From: an uncultured Spirochaetota bacterium
Lineage (GTDB): Bacteria; Spirochaetota; Spirochaetia; SZUA-6; Fen-1364
Assembly: GCA_963710335.1 (NCBI GenBank)
Contig: CAVQAA010000010.1
Coordinates: forward strand, 286,923-350,922
DNA length: 64,000 nucleotides
Direction: 5' to 3'
Under the pieces are notes generated by a model. That model had not been told where the DNA came from, did no database searches, and saw only the letters and a list, made by a program, of their open reading frames with translations. Shown here in pieces: positions 1 to 9,619 of the stretch. Both the position numbers and the translations under genes were made by a program. Positions within the stretch are counted from its first letter, which is position 1, and every line of letters begins with the position of its first letter.

Positions 1-670
1 CATAGACGCTCGGGGTCAGGTCGTCCGAGTACTTGATCTGCCGGATGATCACGTCGATGAGCTCCATCCCGTACTGCGGCATGATGGTCCTGGCTTCGTT
101 CAGCATCTCGATGGAGAGCGCGCGGCGCCCGACAGTGATCGGTTCATACTGGGTCTCGGCAAGCGTCGAGATGTTGCTCAAAGCCGCTGAGCTCTCAGCT
201 GATCCGGCCACGCTGGCCAGCGCATTGGTCCTCTTGATCTGGCTGATAATGTTGGAATCCCGCACCGCTTCCCGCAGCGGATTCTTCGAGATGATCTTTC
301 TCACCTCAGAGTCGATCACATCGTCCAGCCTTCCCTGCGCCTGCGTCATGGAACCGACCGACTCATAAAACTTCTTCGGGTCGGAGATGCGCCAGCGCGC
401 CGTGGTGTCCACCCAGATGAACTGGTTTTCCGAGGTGGGGATCCTCTGCGCGTCCCCGTCCCAGGACTGCACCTTCTTGGAGTATTTGACCACGCTTTCC
501 ACGAAGGGGACCTTGTACTTCAAGCCCGCTTGCGTCTCCACACGGACGATCCTCCCGAACTGGACCACCACGGCCTGCTCGCCCTCGGTCACGATGTAGT
601 AGGGACCGAGAAGGGAAGCGATGAGGAGGACAACGCCGATGATGACCAGGATGATGACAGTCCTTCTCAT
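1..670 (-). CDS. hflC: HflC, FtsH protease modulator (3' end runs off the window)
   Basis: Manual translation from ATG 670: MRRTVIILVIIGVVLLIASLLGPYYIVTEGEQAVVVQFGRIV...WDGDAQRIPTSENQFIWVDTTARWRISDP (SPFH domain). ATGA overlap with the hflK stop. Confidence 0.92.
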   Translation of the reverse strand, partial: MRRTVIILVIIGVVLLIASLLGPYYIVTEGEQAVVVQFGRIVRVETQAGLKYKVPFVESVVKYSKKVQSWDGDAQRIPTSENQFIWVDTTARWRISDPKKFYESVGSMTQAQGRLDDVIDSEVRKIISKNPLREAVRDSNIISQIKRTNALASVAGSAESSAALSNISTLAETQYEPITVGRRALSIEMLNEARTIMPQYGMELIDVIIRQIKYSDDLTPSVY

Positions 671-1746
671 TGTGAGCCTCCCTGCTGGTTCGTCGATTGC
701 GTGTCTGTCGAAGGAGCCGCCGGGGCAGGGGCCGGCGCGGCAGCCTGCACGGGGCCCTGCGGCGCAGTGGAGGCGGTGGGCGGCGACCCTGCGCCCATGC
801 TCTTCAAGGGAAGGAAGTTTTTCAGGCTCTTGTCGATGAGGTCCGTGCCATCCGCGTTGGCGAACACCCGGTCATACATCTCGTAGTACAGCCGCGTGCG
901 AACCACATCCGGCGCCTTTCTGTATTCCCCCAGGACCGCGTTGAACCGCGCGACGTCTCCTATTGCCTCGTTCACGCGCTGGATGGCATACCCCTGCGCT
1001 TCCTGGATGGTCTGCTCGGCCTGTCCGCTTGCCCGAGGGATGGACTGGTTGTACGCTTCCTTGCCCTCGTTGATCATGCGGCTCCTGTCCTGGATGGCCT
1101 TGTTCACGTCTTCGAAGGCGTCCTGCACGGATCCCTTCGGGGGGACGATGTTCTGAAGCTTCACCGTGGTCACCCGGATTCCAAGGCCGTAGGTCTTGTA
1201 GAGCTGGTTCATCATCTCCTGGCCCTGGAGCTCGATGTTCGCCCTCTCAGCTCCGATCACGTCGAAGATCGTGCGGTCCCCGACCAGCATGTTGATGATG
1301 GACTGGGAGATGTCCCGGATGGTCTTGTGCTGGTCCTGCACGTTGAAAAGCCATGCTCGCGCGTCGGTGATCTGGTACTGGATGATCCATTCCACGTCGA
1401 TGATGTTCAGGTCCCCGGTGAGCATGATGGACTCCGAGGAGTAATCAGCAGTCGAGAAGGTGGAGACGATGCCGGGCATTTCCGTCCTGAATCCGAACTC
1501 TTCCTTCAGGATCCTCTGCGTCGGTACGTTGTAATTCTTCTCCACGCCGAAGGGCACCTTGAAATGGAGGCCCGGCCCCACCATGCGGGAGAACTTTCCA
1601 AAGTTCAAAACCACGGCCTCTTCCTTCTGGTCCACCACGAAGAAGCTTGAAAACAGGAGGATGAGAGCCAGAACCACGCCGATGCCTATCAGAAGCAAGG
1701 CTGGCGTGAGCCTGCGGATCCCCTTTCCGGGGGTGACGTCTGTCAT
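667..1746 (-). CDS. hflK: HflK, FtsH protease modulator
   Basis: N-terminal TM, MLTGDLNIIDVEWIIQY, VQDAFEDV, IPRASGQA, RTRLYYE. Paired with hflC. SD AGGAG. Confidence 0.95.
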   Translation of the reverse strand: MTDVTPGKGIRRLTPALLLIGIGVVLALILLFSSFFVVDQKEEAVVLNFGKFSRMVGPGLHFKVPFGVEKNYNVPTQRILKEEFGFRTEMPGIVSTFSTADYSSESIMLTGDLNIIDVEWIIQYQITDARAWLFNVQDQHKTIRDISQSIINMLVGDRTIFDVIGAERANIELQGQEMMNQLYKTYGLGIRVTTVKLQNIVPPKGSVQDAFEDVNKAIQDRSRMINEGKEAYNQSIPRASGQAEQTIQEAQGYAIQRVNEAIGDVARFNAVLGEYRKAPDVVRTRLYYEMYDRVFANADGTDLIDKSLKNFLPLKSMGAGSPPTASTAPQGPVQAAAPAPAPAAPSTDTQSTNQQGGSQ

Positions 1747-1815
1747 AGAATCTCCTATCAGCGATATGCCTGCCCACTATAGCACAAACCGCGGAGAATA
1801 GTATGCTGCATTGCC

Positions 1816-3012
1816 ATGAAGCCAAGAACGCCCTTTGAGGTGCTTGTGGCCGCGGGCCGCCTGGGCATCACGTCATTCGGCGGACCCATAGCCCACCTCG
1901 GCTATTTTCACGCGGAGTATGTTGTCCGACGGAAGTGGCTGGATGAACGGAGCTACACTGACCTGGTTGCCTTGTGCCAGATGATCCCCGGTCCGGCCAG
2001 CAGCCAGCTCGGCATCGCCATCGGGATCGAACGGGCGGGACTCCCCGGCGGGCTTGCCGCATGGGCCGGTTTCACCCTTCCGTCGGCAATCGCGCTGGTT
2101 GTCTTTGCGCTGTTTGTTCACGGGTTCGGCGCGTCCGCGGCCGGATGGCTGCATGGCCTGATGGTTGTGGCCGTGGCGGTGGTAGCCCAGGCAGTGTGGA
2201 CAATGGCGCGCACCATGGCCGCCGACGCCCGGCGGGCTTCAATCGCATTCTCCGCCGCCATCGTCAGCATCGTCCTTCCTTCTTCCATCACCCAGGTCTG
2301 CCTCATTGTCGCAGGCGCGCTTGCCGGGCTGGCGTTCCTCACGACCTCCGCGGAAGAGGGTCCTTCCCAATCGGCAAGCTTTGGGGGACTCGCCCCGGCC
2401 GCGGCGCTCTCCTGCCTGGCTGCTTTCGGCGCTCTTCTTGTCGGCCTCCCGGTGCTCCGGGCGCTCACACACTCCCCGTGGGTTGCCGTTGTGGACAGCT
2501 TCTACAGAAGCGGCTCCCTGGTCTTCGGCGGCGGCCACGTTGTCCTGCCGCTTCTGCAGCGTGAGGTAGTCCCGCCCGCGTGGATGTCGAACGCGACTTT
2601 TCTAGCGGGGTACGGAGCGGCCCAGGCGGTGCCCGGGCCCCTTTTCACGTTCGCCGCTTACCTTGGCGCTGAGCTGAGTCAGGCGCCGAACGGCGTGGCG
2701 GGCGCGGCCATCGCCCTTTCGGCAATCTATCTTCCGTCCTTCCTTCTGGTCATCGGGTTGCTTCCATTCTACGGCCGGCTTCGAAGCCGGCAGGCGGTCC
2801 GCACCGCTCTTTCGGGCGTGAACGCCGCCGTGGTGGGGATACTCCTTGCAGCCCTCTACACCCCGGTTTGGACGAGCGCAATCGTGAACCCCGCCGACTT
2901 CGCGCTCGCGCTGGCGGCGTTCCTTCTGCTCATGGTCTGGAAGGTACGGCCCTGGATCATCGTGGTCGGTGGGGCGATTGCCGGCGAAGCGCTCAGTCTC
3001 TTGCTCACGTAA
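1816..3012 (+). CDS. chrA: Chromate efflux transporter (long-chain CHR)
   Basis: LGITSFGGPIAHLGYF, CQMIPGPASSQ, GSLVFGGGHVVLPLL, AQAVPGPLFTFAAYLG motifs. Confidence 0.93.
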   Translation: MKPRTPFEVLVAAGRLGITSFGGPIAHLGYFHAEYVVRRKWLDERSYTDLVALCQMIPGPASSQLGIAIGIERAGLPGGLAAWAGFTLPSAIALVVFALFVHGFGASAAGWLHGLMVVAVAVVAQAVWTMARTMAADARRASIAFSAAIVSIVLPSSITQVCLIVAGALAGLAFLTTSAEEGPSQSASFGGLAPAAALSCLAAFGALLVGLPVLRALTHSPWVAVVDSFYRSGSLVFGGGHVVLPLLQREVVPPAWMSNATFLAGYGAAQAVPGPLFTFAAYLGAELSQAPNGVAGAAIALSAIYLPSFLLVIGLLPFYGRLRSRQAVRTALSGVNAAVVGILLAALYTPVWTSAIVNPADFALALAAFLLLMVWKVRPWIIVVGGAIAGEALSLLLT

Positions 3013-3257
3013 GTGCGCACCTCGATGGTGGAGCAGGTGAAGCTGGTAACCACCACCTTGCCCCGCTGCGCGCTCTGGAGACTGTCGCCTGCCTGGAGAA
3101 CGTGATCGGCCGGGTCTCCAGTCTGGGTGACATGGAGGCACCCGGCAACACAGGCAAGCGAGACGGAGACCCGGGGAGGGTTGAAGCTGAGCGCTTCCCC
3201 TGGATGCAGGATCACACGGGCGCCCTGGCGCGATTCAGCTGGTATGTGCAGTTTCAT
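2856..3257 (-). CDS. DUF2917-like small cupin-type protein
   Basis: ATG 3257: MKLHIPAESRQGARVILHPGEALSF...LACVAGCLHVTQTGDPADHVLQAGDSL...GKVVVTS matches the DUF2917 pattern. Divergent from a MocR regulator. The tail overlaps chrA antisense. Confidence 0.75.
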   Translation of the reverse strand: MKLHIPAESRQGARVILHPGEALSFNPPRVSVSLACVAGCLHVTQTGDPADHVLQAGDSLQSAQRGKVVVTSFTCSTIEVRTYVSKRLSASPAIAPPTTMIQGRTFQTMSRRNAASASAKSAGFTIALVQTGV

Positions 3258-3431
3258 GCAGAGACCATACCCTTGGAGCGAGGTCAAAAAAAGAAACGGC
3301 ATGCGGAAAATCGTATGGTCACAGTTTGAACGCCGGGGCTGCTGTGCCCCTTGAATCGAGCGCTCCTGTGCCTTTCCTTTCGGGTGCCGTGTCGCGACTA
3401 TCTATGATATGTTTGCCGGGAGAGGCTCAAA

Positions 3432-4877
3432 ATGACGCTCTACGAGCAGGTTGCAAACCGCATTGAAGGCTTCATTTCCAAGGGGATTTACGAGCCGGGA
3501 GAGCGGCTTCCATCCATCCGGCGCCTTGCCGGCCAGCTGGGGGTGAGCATCAATACCATCCGGGAGGCGTACGGCCTCCTGGAAGACCGCAGAATCGCAC
3601 AGGCGCGCTCAGGGTCGGGCTATTTCGTGGCTCACCTGCCGTCCGGGACCGGCGCTGACCTTGCCCAGACTGTCGGGCAGCCTTCGCCTCAGCCGGTCAC
3701 CGTGGATGAGATCTCCTACCGCGTCTGCGAGGTGGTCGGGAACCCGCACCTCGTCAACTTGAGCGTCGCCGCCCCCCGCTCATCCCTCCTGCCCATGCGG
3801 CGGCTTGCGTCCCTTCATGCGCGAGCTTTGAGGAGGGATCCGGAAAGCTGTGTCGGATACAACACAAGCCCCGGTCGATACGCTCTTCGGCAGAACATCG
3901 CGAAGCGTCTTCTGGACGTCGGGTGCGCGGTGGCCGCTGATGAAATCACGATAACCTCGGGCTGTTTCGACGCCATTACGATCTCGCTGCTTGCCGCCTG
4001 CAGGCCCGGTGACACGGTGGCCATCGAGTCACCCGTGTTCTTTGCCTTCCTGCAGCTCCTTGCGGGACTGGGGCTCCGGGTGGTGGAGATCCCCTCTGCG
4101 TCCCGCACCGGGATGAACCTCGACGTCCTGGAGTTCACTCTGCGCAGGTATCCCGTTGCCGCGTGCATCACGGTGCCGAACTTCAGCAATCCCCTGGGAA
4201 GCCTGATGCCGGACGAGAACAAGGAGCGCCTGGTCCGCCTGGCCGCGGAGCACGGGGTTCCCATCATCGAGGATGACGTGTACGGCGAGCTGTATTTCAC
4301 GTCGGACCGTCCCCGGGTCCTTCGCTCTTTCGACACGGCCGGGAACGTGATCCTCTGCTCATCGTTCAGCAAGACGGTGGCTCCGGGCTACCGGATGGGG
4401 TGGGTGGTCGGCGGCAGGTATACCGACGCCATCCGCCGGGCGAAGATGATGACTTCAATCGCGCCGCCCTCTGTTTCCGAAGTGGGGATCGAAGAGTTCC
4501 TGGAAAGCGGCGGGCTGGATCGGACGCTTCGCGCTGCGCGTCGCGCCTACGAGGCTTCCATGGCGCAGGTGAGCGAAGCAATAATGAAGTATTTCCCGAA
4601 AGGCACGAAGGTGAGCCAGCCCCAGGGGGGACTCGTGGTATGGGTGGAGATGCCGGAGAACGTGGACAGCGTCGAGCTCTATCATTCCTGCCTTGCCAAA
4701 GGCGTTTCGATTGCGCCGGGGGTGATCTTTTCCTCGCAAGGCCGCTACCGCAACTTCATCCGCATACGCTCGGCGGAGTACTCACCCGTCGTTGACGCCG
4801 CGCTGGCTACTGTCGGCTCGATTGCCGGAGAGCTTGCCCGGAAAACGGAGCCCGTCCTGGAAGCCTCTGCGATGTGA
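3432..4877 (+). CDS. MocR/GntR-family PLP-dependent transcriptional regulator
   Basis: GntR HTH (LYEQVA..GERLPSIRRLA..VSINTIREAY) plus aminotransferase domain (NFSNPLG, IIEDDVY, SSFSKTVAPGYRMGW). Confidence 0.93.
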   Translation: MTLYEQVANRIEGFISKGIYEPGERLPSIRRLAGQLGVSINTIREAYGLLEDRRIAQARSGSGYFVAHLPSGTGADLAQTVGQPSPQPVTVDEISYRVCEVVGNPHLVNLSVAAPRSSLLPMRRLASLHARALRRDPESCVGYNTSPGRYALRQNIAKRLLDVGCAVAADEITITSGCFDAITISLLAACRPGDTVAIESPVFFAFLQLLAGLGLRVVEIPSASRTGMNLDVLEFTLRRYPVAACITVPNFSNPLGSLMPDENKERLVRLAAEHGVPIIEDDVYGELYFTSDRPRVLRSFDTAGNVILCSSFSKTVAPGYRMGWVVGGRYTDAIRRAKMMTSIAPPSVSEVGIEEFLESGGLDRTLRAARRAYEASMAQVSEAIMKYFPKGTKVSQPQGGLVVWVEMPENVDSVELYHSCLAKGVSIAPGVIFSSQGRYRNFIRIRSAEYSPVVDAALATVGSIAGELARKTEPVLEASAM

Positions 4878-4939
4878 GAAGCGCGCAGTGATCGCATACG
4901 TGTTCCGCCAGGTCTGGCCGGCTCACCGGGGGTAGTCTC

Positions 4940-5779
4940 GTGCTCCCTGACGGGATGGACCGACTGGCGCAATTGATGAAGGACCGACGGATCACCGTGC
5001 TGAGCGGCGCCGGACTGAGCACTGAATCCGGCATTCCTGATTACCGGGGACCGCGATCTTCGGCGCGCCGTACCCGGCCCATTTATTACAGGGAGTTCAT
5101 TGAAAATACTGCCGCCCGGACCCGCTACTGGGTGCGGAGCACGGTCGGGTGGCCGCGGGTGTCGGAGGCCAGGCCGAATCCGGGGCATGCTGCCATTGCG
5201 AAAATGGAGCGGTCCGGGTTGGTGAGCGGCGTGATCACGCAGAACGTCGACAGGTTGCACCAGGCCGCCGGGAGCCAAAACGTCGTGGAGCTGCATGGAG
5301 CCTTGGCGGAGGTAATCTGCCTGGCGTGCGGCGCAGTGGAGCACAGACAACAGCTGCAGGAGCGCATCCTTGTCCTGAATCCCGGCTGGGCCGAAGGGCC
5401 GTTCCGCGCAGCCGCCTCTGCGCCTGACGGAGACGCGCAGGTGGAGGTTCCCTCTGACGGGACTTTTCGAGTGCCGGCCTGCCTGCGCTGCGGAGGACTG
5501 CTCAAGCCTGATGTCATTTTCTTCGGGGAGAATGTCCCGCGCCCCCGGGTGGAGAAGGCTCTGGCCCTCCTGGCCGAAGGAGAGGTTCTCCTGGTCGTCG
5601 GCTCCTCCCTGGCGGTCTACTCGGGGTACCGGTTCGTCCTGCAGGCCAGCGAGGAGTCAAAGCCGGTCGCCATCGTCAATCTCGGACCGTGCCGCGGAGA
5701 TCCGCTTGCAACCGTCAGAGTAGAAGCGGCCCTCGGTGAAGCCCTGCCCCTTTTAGCCTCCATGATCGTTTCCGATTGA
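4940..5779 (+). CDS. cobB: NAD-dependent protein deacylase (sirtuin, class II/SIRT4-like)
   Basis: SGAGLSTESGIPDYRG, ITQNVDRLH, VELHG, two CxxC, LKPDVIFFGE, GSSL. Exact start uncertain. Confidence 0.9.
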   Translation: MLPDGMDRLAQLMKDRRITVLSGAGLSTESGIPDYRGPRSSARRTRPIYYREFIENTAARTRYWVRSTVGWPRVSEARPNPGHAAIAKMERSGLVSGVITQNVDRLHQAAGSQNVVELHGALAEVICLACGAVEHRQQLQERILVLNPGWAEGPFRAAASAPDGDAQVEVPSDGTFRVPACLRCGGLLKPDVIFFGENVPRPRVEKALALLAEGEVLLVVGSSLAVYSGYRFVLQASEESKPVAIVNLGPCRGDPLATVRVEAALGEALPLLASMIVSD

Positions 5780-5794
5780 GCGCATCGCTCATTC

Positions 5795-5823
5795 TTGACG
5801 GCCCCGGAGCCCCCGGATAGAGT
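5795..5823 (+). promoter_or_regulatory. sigma70 promoter of metG
   Basis: TTGACG-N17-TAGAGT, 11 nt before the ATG, no SD. Confidence 0.6.
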
Positions 5824-5834
5824 ACAACTCAATT

Positions 5835-8015
5835 ATGGAAAGACGCCTGATCACATCCGCGCTGCCCTATGTGAACAATATCCCCCACCTTGGGAACCTC
5901 ATCCAGGTGCTCTCCGCTGACGTGTTTGCGCGCTATTGCAGGCTTGCCGGGTATGAGACTCTGTACATTTGCGGCACCGACGAGTACGGCACGGCAACGG
6001 AAACCAAGGCACTGGAGGAAGGGGTCACCCCCCGCGAGCTGTGCGACCGCTACCATGCCGTGCACCGCGACATCTACCGCTGGTTCAACATCGCTTTCGA
6101 TCACTTCGGCCGCACGTCGGTGCCTGTGCACACGGAGATCACCCAGCACATCTTCCTGAAGCTCCACGAGAACGGTTACATCACCCAGCACATCCTGAGC
6201 CAGCCCTTCTGCGAGAAAGACCAGCGTTTCCTTGCGGACCGCTACGTCCTGGGGACCTGCCCGCATTGCGGCTACGCGGATGCCCGCGGCGACCAATGTG
6301 AGAACTGCGGCAAGCTGCTTGATCCCGCCGAGCTCATCGATCCCCGGTGCAGCGTGTGCGGGACCAAGCCGGTGGTCCGGGAGACCACGCACCTTTTTAT
6401 CGACCTCCTCGCGCTGCTCCCGAAGCTTCGCAACTGGATAGAGTCCGCCGCGGAGAAGGGTTTCTGGTCGCGCAACGCCGTGCAGATGACCTACGCATGG
6501 ATGCGGGACGGCCTGAAGGAGCGCGCCATCACCCGGGACCTGAAATGGGGCATCCCGGTTCCGCTGGACGGGTTTCGCAACAAGGTTTTCTACGTGTGGT
6601 TCGACGCCTGCATCGGCTACATCTCCATCACGGCGGAGCACACCCCGGAGTGGAAAAGCTGGTGGTACGCGCCGGAGTCCGTGAAGCTTTTCCAGTTCAT
6701 CGGCAAGGACAACATTCCCTTCCATACCGTGGTCTTCCCTTCGAGCCTGCTGGGGACGGGTGAGAACTGGACAACCCTGTTCCACATGTCCTCCACCGAA
6801 TATCTGAATTACGAGGGGGGCAAGTTCTCCAAGAGCAAGGGAGTCGGGGTTTTCGGGACCGACGCGAAGGAGACCGGAATCCCCGCTGACGTGTGGAGGT
6901 TCTACATCTTCTACAACAGGCCCGAGAGGTCGGATGCCCTGTTCACGTGGAAGGACTTCCAGGAGAAGGTGAACGCGGAGCTGATTGGCAACCTCGGCAA
7001 TCTGGTCAACCGCACGTTGCAGTTCGTCGGCAGGTTCTACGACGGGATCATGCCCCCGGGGACGCCGGATGAGGGCTTCTGGGAAGACGCCCGGAAAATC
7101 GAAGGAGAGATCGTGGGCCTGCTGGAGCGCGTTGAGCTCAGGGACGCGTTTCGAAGGATGTTCGCCCTCTCTTCCCTGGGAAACAAGCGTTTCCAGGATG
7201 GCGAGCCCTGGAAGGGAATCAAGGAAAACCCGCAGGCAACGGCCAGTCTCATCTGGAACCTCGTCTACCTGGTTCGCGACCTTGCCATCCTTGCAAGCTC
7301 CTACATTCCTCAGACCGCTGAAAGAATCGCCGCCATGCTGGGGCTCACGGAGCTCTCCTGGGCCGATCTGGGCTCATTGCGGGGCATAGAAAAAGTCCAT
7401 CGACCGGAGATTCTTTTTGCCAGGCTGGAAGACAAGCAGATCGATGAATTCCGGCAGAACTTTTCCGGCACGCAGAAGGAGCGGTTGGCGGCGGGAGCCG
7501 CGGAGGAAGCAGTCCGCGTGCCGACGCCCGCGGAAATTGCGTCGATGTTCCGGCAGAAGGTCGACCTGCGCGCGGCGAAGATCGTCGAGATCAGGCGCCA
7601 CCCCGACGCGGAGAAGCTGTACGTGGAAACGGTGGATCTGGGCGGTGAAAAAAGGACAATCGTCTCCGGCCTTGTTCCGCATTATAAGGAAGAAGAACTC
7701 CTGGGCCACACGGTGGTCCTGGTGGCCAACTTGAAACCGGCAACCCTTCGCGGCGTGGAGAGCCAGGGGATGCTGCTGGCCGCGCAGGAGGGCAAGACGG
7801 TGGAGGTCCTCTTCATCGACCATGCCCAGCCCGGAGAGCGCGTCATTCTGAAAGGCGGCCTCGCGGAAGCGGCTCCCGCCCAGATCGACATCGACACTTT
7901 CTTCTCCATGCCGATTGTCGCGGAGGGCTCACGCGTGCTGGTTGGGGACGCGGAGCTTGAATGCGCCGGCAAGGCAGTGGTGACCTCGAAGGTGGCGAAG
8001 GGCAGGGTGAAATAA
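5835..8015 (+). CDS. metG: Methionine--tRNA ligase with C-terminal tRNA-binding domain
   Basis: LITSALPYVNNIPHLGN, zinc knuckles, YVWFDA, KFSKS, Trbp111-like tail (HPDAEKLY, RGVESQGMLLAA). Confidence 0.97.
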   Translation: MERRLITSALPYVNNIPHLGNLIQVLSADVFARYCRLAGYETLYICGTDEYGTATETKALEEGVTPRELCDRYHAVHRDIYRWFNIAFDHFGRTSVPVHTEITQHIFLKLHENGYITQHILSQPFCEKDQRFLADRYVLGTCPHCGYADARGDQCENCGKLLDPAELIDPRCSVCGTKPVVRETTHLFIDLLALLPKLRNWIESAAEKGFWSRNAVQMTYAWMRDGLKERAITRDLKWGIPVPLDGFRNKVFYVWFDACIGYISITAEHTPEWKSWWYAPESVKLFQFIGKDNIPFHTVVFPSSLLGTGENWTTLFHMSSTEYLNYEGGKFSKSKGVGVFGTDAKETGIPADVWRFYIFYNRPERSDALFTWKDFQEKVNAELIGNLGNLVNRTLQFVGRFYDGIMPPGTPDEGFWEDARKIEGEIVGLLERVELRDAFRRMFALSSLGNKRFQDGEPWKGIKENPQATASLIWNLVYLVRDLAILASSYIPQTAERIAAMLGLTELSWADLGSLRGIEKVHRPEILFARLEDKQIDEFRQNFSGTQKERLAAGAAEEAVRVPTPAEIASMFRQKVDLRAAKIVEIRRHPDAEKLYVETVDLGGEKRTIVSGLVPHYKEEELLGHTVVLVANLKPATLRGVESQGMLLAAQEGKTVEVLFIDHAQPGERVILKGGLAEAAPAQIDIDTFFSMPIVAEGSRVLVGDAELECAGKAVVTSKVAKGRVK

Positions 8016-9065
8016 TCGAGGTCTTGCTCAGCCGCGCATCTCTCACGGATCTGGACTCTTCGGAGGAGCTCCTCCAGACCGGCTGGTGGGGCAGCTTCAA
8101 GCAGTCCCACGGCTGGCAGGCGCACCCATTCAACGTGACGGTGACAGGGCAGCGCGCGGCCGCCTTCGGGCTGCTCGTCCTGACGCGCACCTTGTTTCGA
8201 CGCTTCGTGATTGCTTACGTGCCTTTCGGGCCTGCGTTCGACCCCGCGTGCGACAGGGGCCGGTTTCTCTCTTTGCTGGCCCGGGCGCTTCGCAAGCACC
8301 TTCCCCGGCGCACCTTGTTTGTCAGGTTCGACCTGCCGTGGGAGAAATCTGGGGAGGAGCCGGGATGGGACGGCGGGAGCCCGAAGGTCCGGAAATCTCC
8401 CAGCGATATCCAGCCGCCCAACACCGTCGTGGTGGACATTTCCGGGCCGCTGGAGGGCGTGCTTTCGGCAATGAAGTCCAAGACCCGGTATAACGTGAGA
8501 CTTGCGGAGAAAAAAGGCGTCCTGGTGCGGGAGGAGGGAGACCAGAGTATGGATCCCTGGTACGCGATGTACCGGGAAACCGAGCCGGCGCGACAGGATT
8601 GCAATCCATTCGGCCTCGTATTACAAAGGCCTGTTCTCCGAGAGCCGGTCCTACAACGGGAAAGGGCCCGTCGTTTCCCTTCTCACCGCCAGGCACGAGG
8701 GGGATCTGCTGGCCGGCAATATCTGCATCTTCTGGAAGAAACGCGGCGTGTATCTCACGGGCGCCTCTTCCAATGCAAAGCGGAACCTCATGCCGACGTA
8801 CGCCCTCCAGTGGGAGGCCATCCAAAGGGCCAAAGCGGCCGGCTGCATCGAATATGACTTGTACGGCATCCCGCCAAAGCCGGATCCCGACCATCCCATG
8901 TTCGGTCTCTACCAGTTCAAGACTGGTTTCTCGGACAGGGTTGTCGAGCGCTGGGGAACCTGGGACGTCCCTTACCAGCCGGCTCTCTGCGCTTTGTATC
9001 GCGCAGCGGAAGAAACCCGCATGTTCTATTTCCGCTCCATGAAGAAGCGGCTGCGCCGCCGCTAG
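8012..9065 (+). CDS. FemAB/FemX-family peptidoglycan aminoacyltransferase, split by a +1 frameshift near 8580
   Basis: Frame 1: LLQTGWWGSFK, AYVPFGP, DIQPPNT, MKSKTRYNVRLAEKKGV. Frame 2: RDRIAIH, YLTGASS..RNLMPTYALQWEAI, YDLYGI, GLYQFKTGF. Start codon uncertain. Confidence 0.85.
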
Positions 9066-9145
9066 ACAGGCGACCCTGCAGGTCGCGGGCTGGCAGGCCT
9101 ATTCGCGGAGTATTTTTATGCTTATTTTTGCGAACGACAATCAGA

Positions 9146-9619
9146 ATGTCCTTGCGCTCTGAACGTCGCCAGGGAGGAATTGGCGTGGTCGTACAGCGCG
9201 TCCGGCGCGCGTGCATCGTTGGGTTTTTCGTCGTGGCCGCAGCCTGTTTCGCCGAACCGGCAATTCCGGACGGCTTCTGGCAGTCTGTGCTGCAGATCAG
9301 GGAGGGCGTCTCCGATTTCGGGGGCAGGAGCGTCGGTGCTTTTTTCAAGGACGTGCAGTTCCAGAACCTCGATCTTGCCAACGGGTCAAGCACCTCGTTC
9401 ACGCTGACGCCCAAGAGCTTTGACGGCTCCGAGGTGGTCCTGGAGTATTCCATCCTCACAAACGGCGTCGTGACGGAGTATTTCGACTTTCACTTCAGGT
9501 ACAAAGGCTCGGCGTCTGTCCTGTACAGGCTCTCCCGCGGGGAAGCCACGCTGGAAGGCTACGAACAGATGCGCAGGATAATGAAAGAGTTTTATCTTCC
9601 TTCTCTTGCCTCTCAATGA
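9146..9619 (+). CDS. Hypothetical exported protein
   Basis: Fills the gap between genes. Signal-peptide-like RVRRACIVGFFVVAAACFA. SD GGAGG suggests a start near 9185. Confidence 0.6.
   Translation: MSLRSERRQGGIGVVVQRVRRACIVGFFVVAAACFAEPAIPDGFWQSVLQIREGVSDFGGRSVGAFFKDVQFQNLDLANGSSTSFTLTPKSFDGSEVVLEYSILTNGVVTEYFDFHFRYKGSASVLYRLSRGEATLEGYEQMRRIMKEFYLPSLASQ

Noticed and set aside
4940-5779. Sirtuin as an anti-phage SIR2 effector
   Set aside because: It is a typical Zn-binding class II deacylase with no defence-associated partner genes.
8574-8580. GGGAAAC slippery-like heptamer at the femX frameshift
   Set aside because: It is out of phase for -1 slippage, and the required shift is +1.
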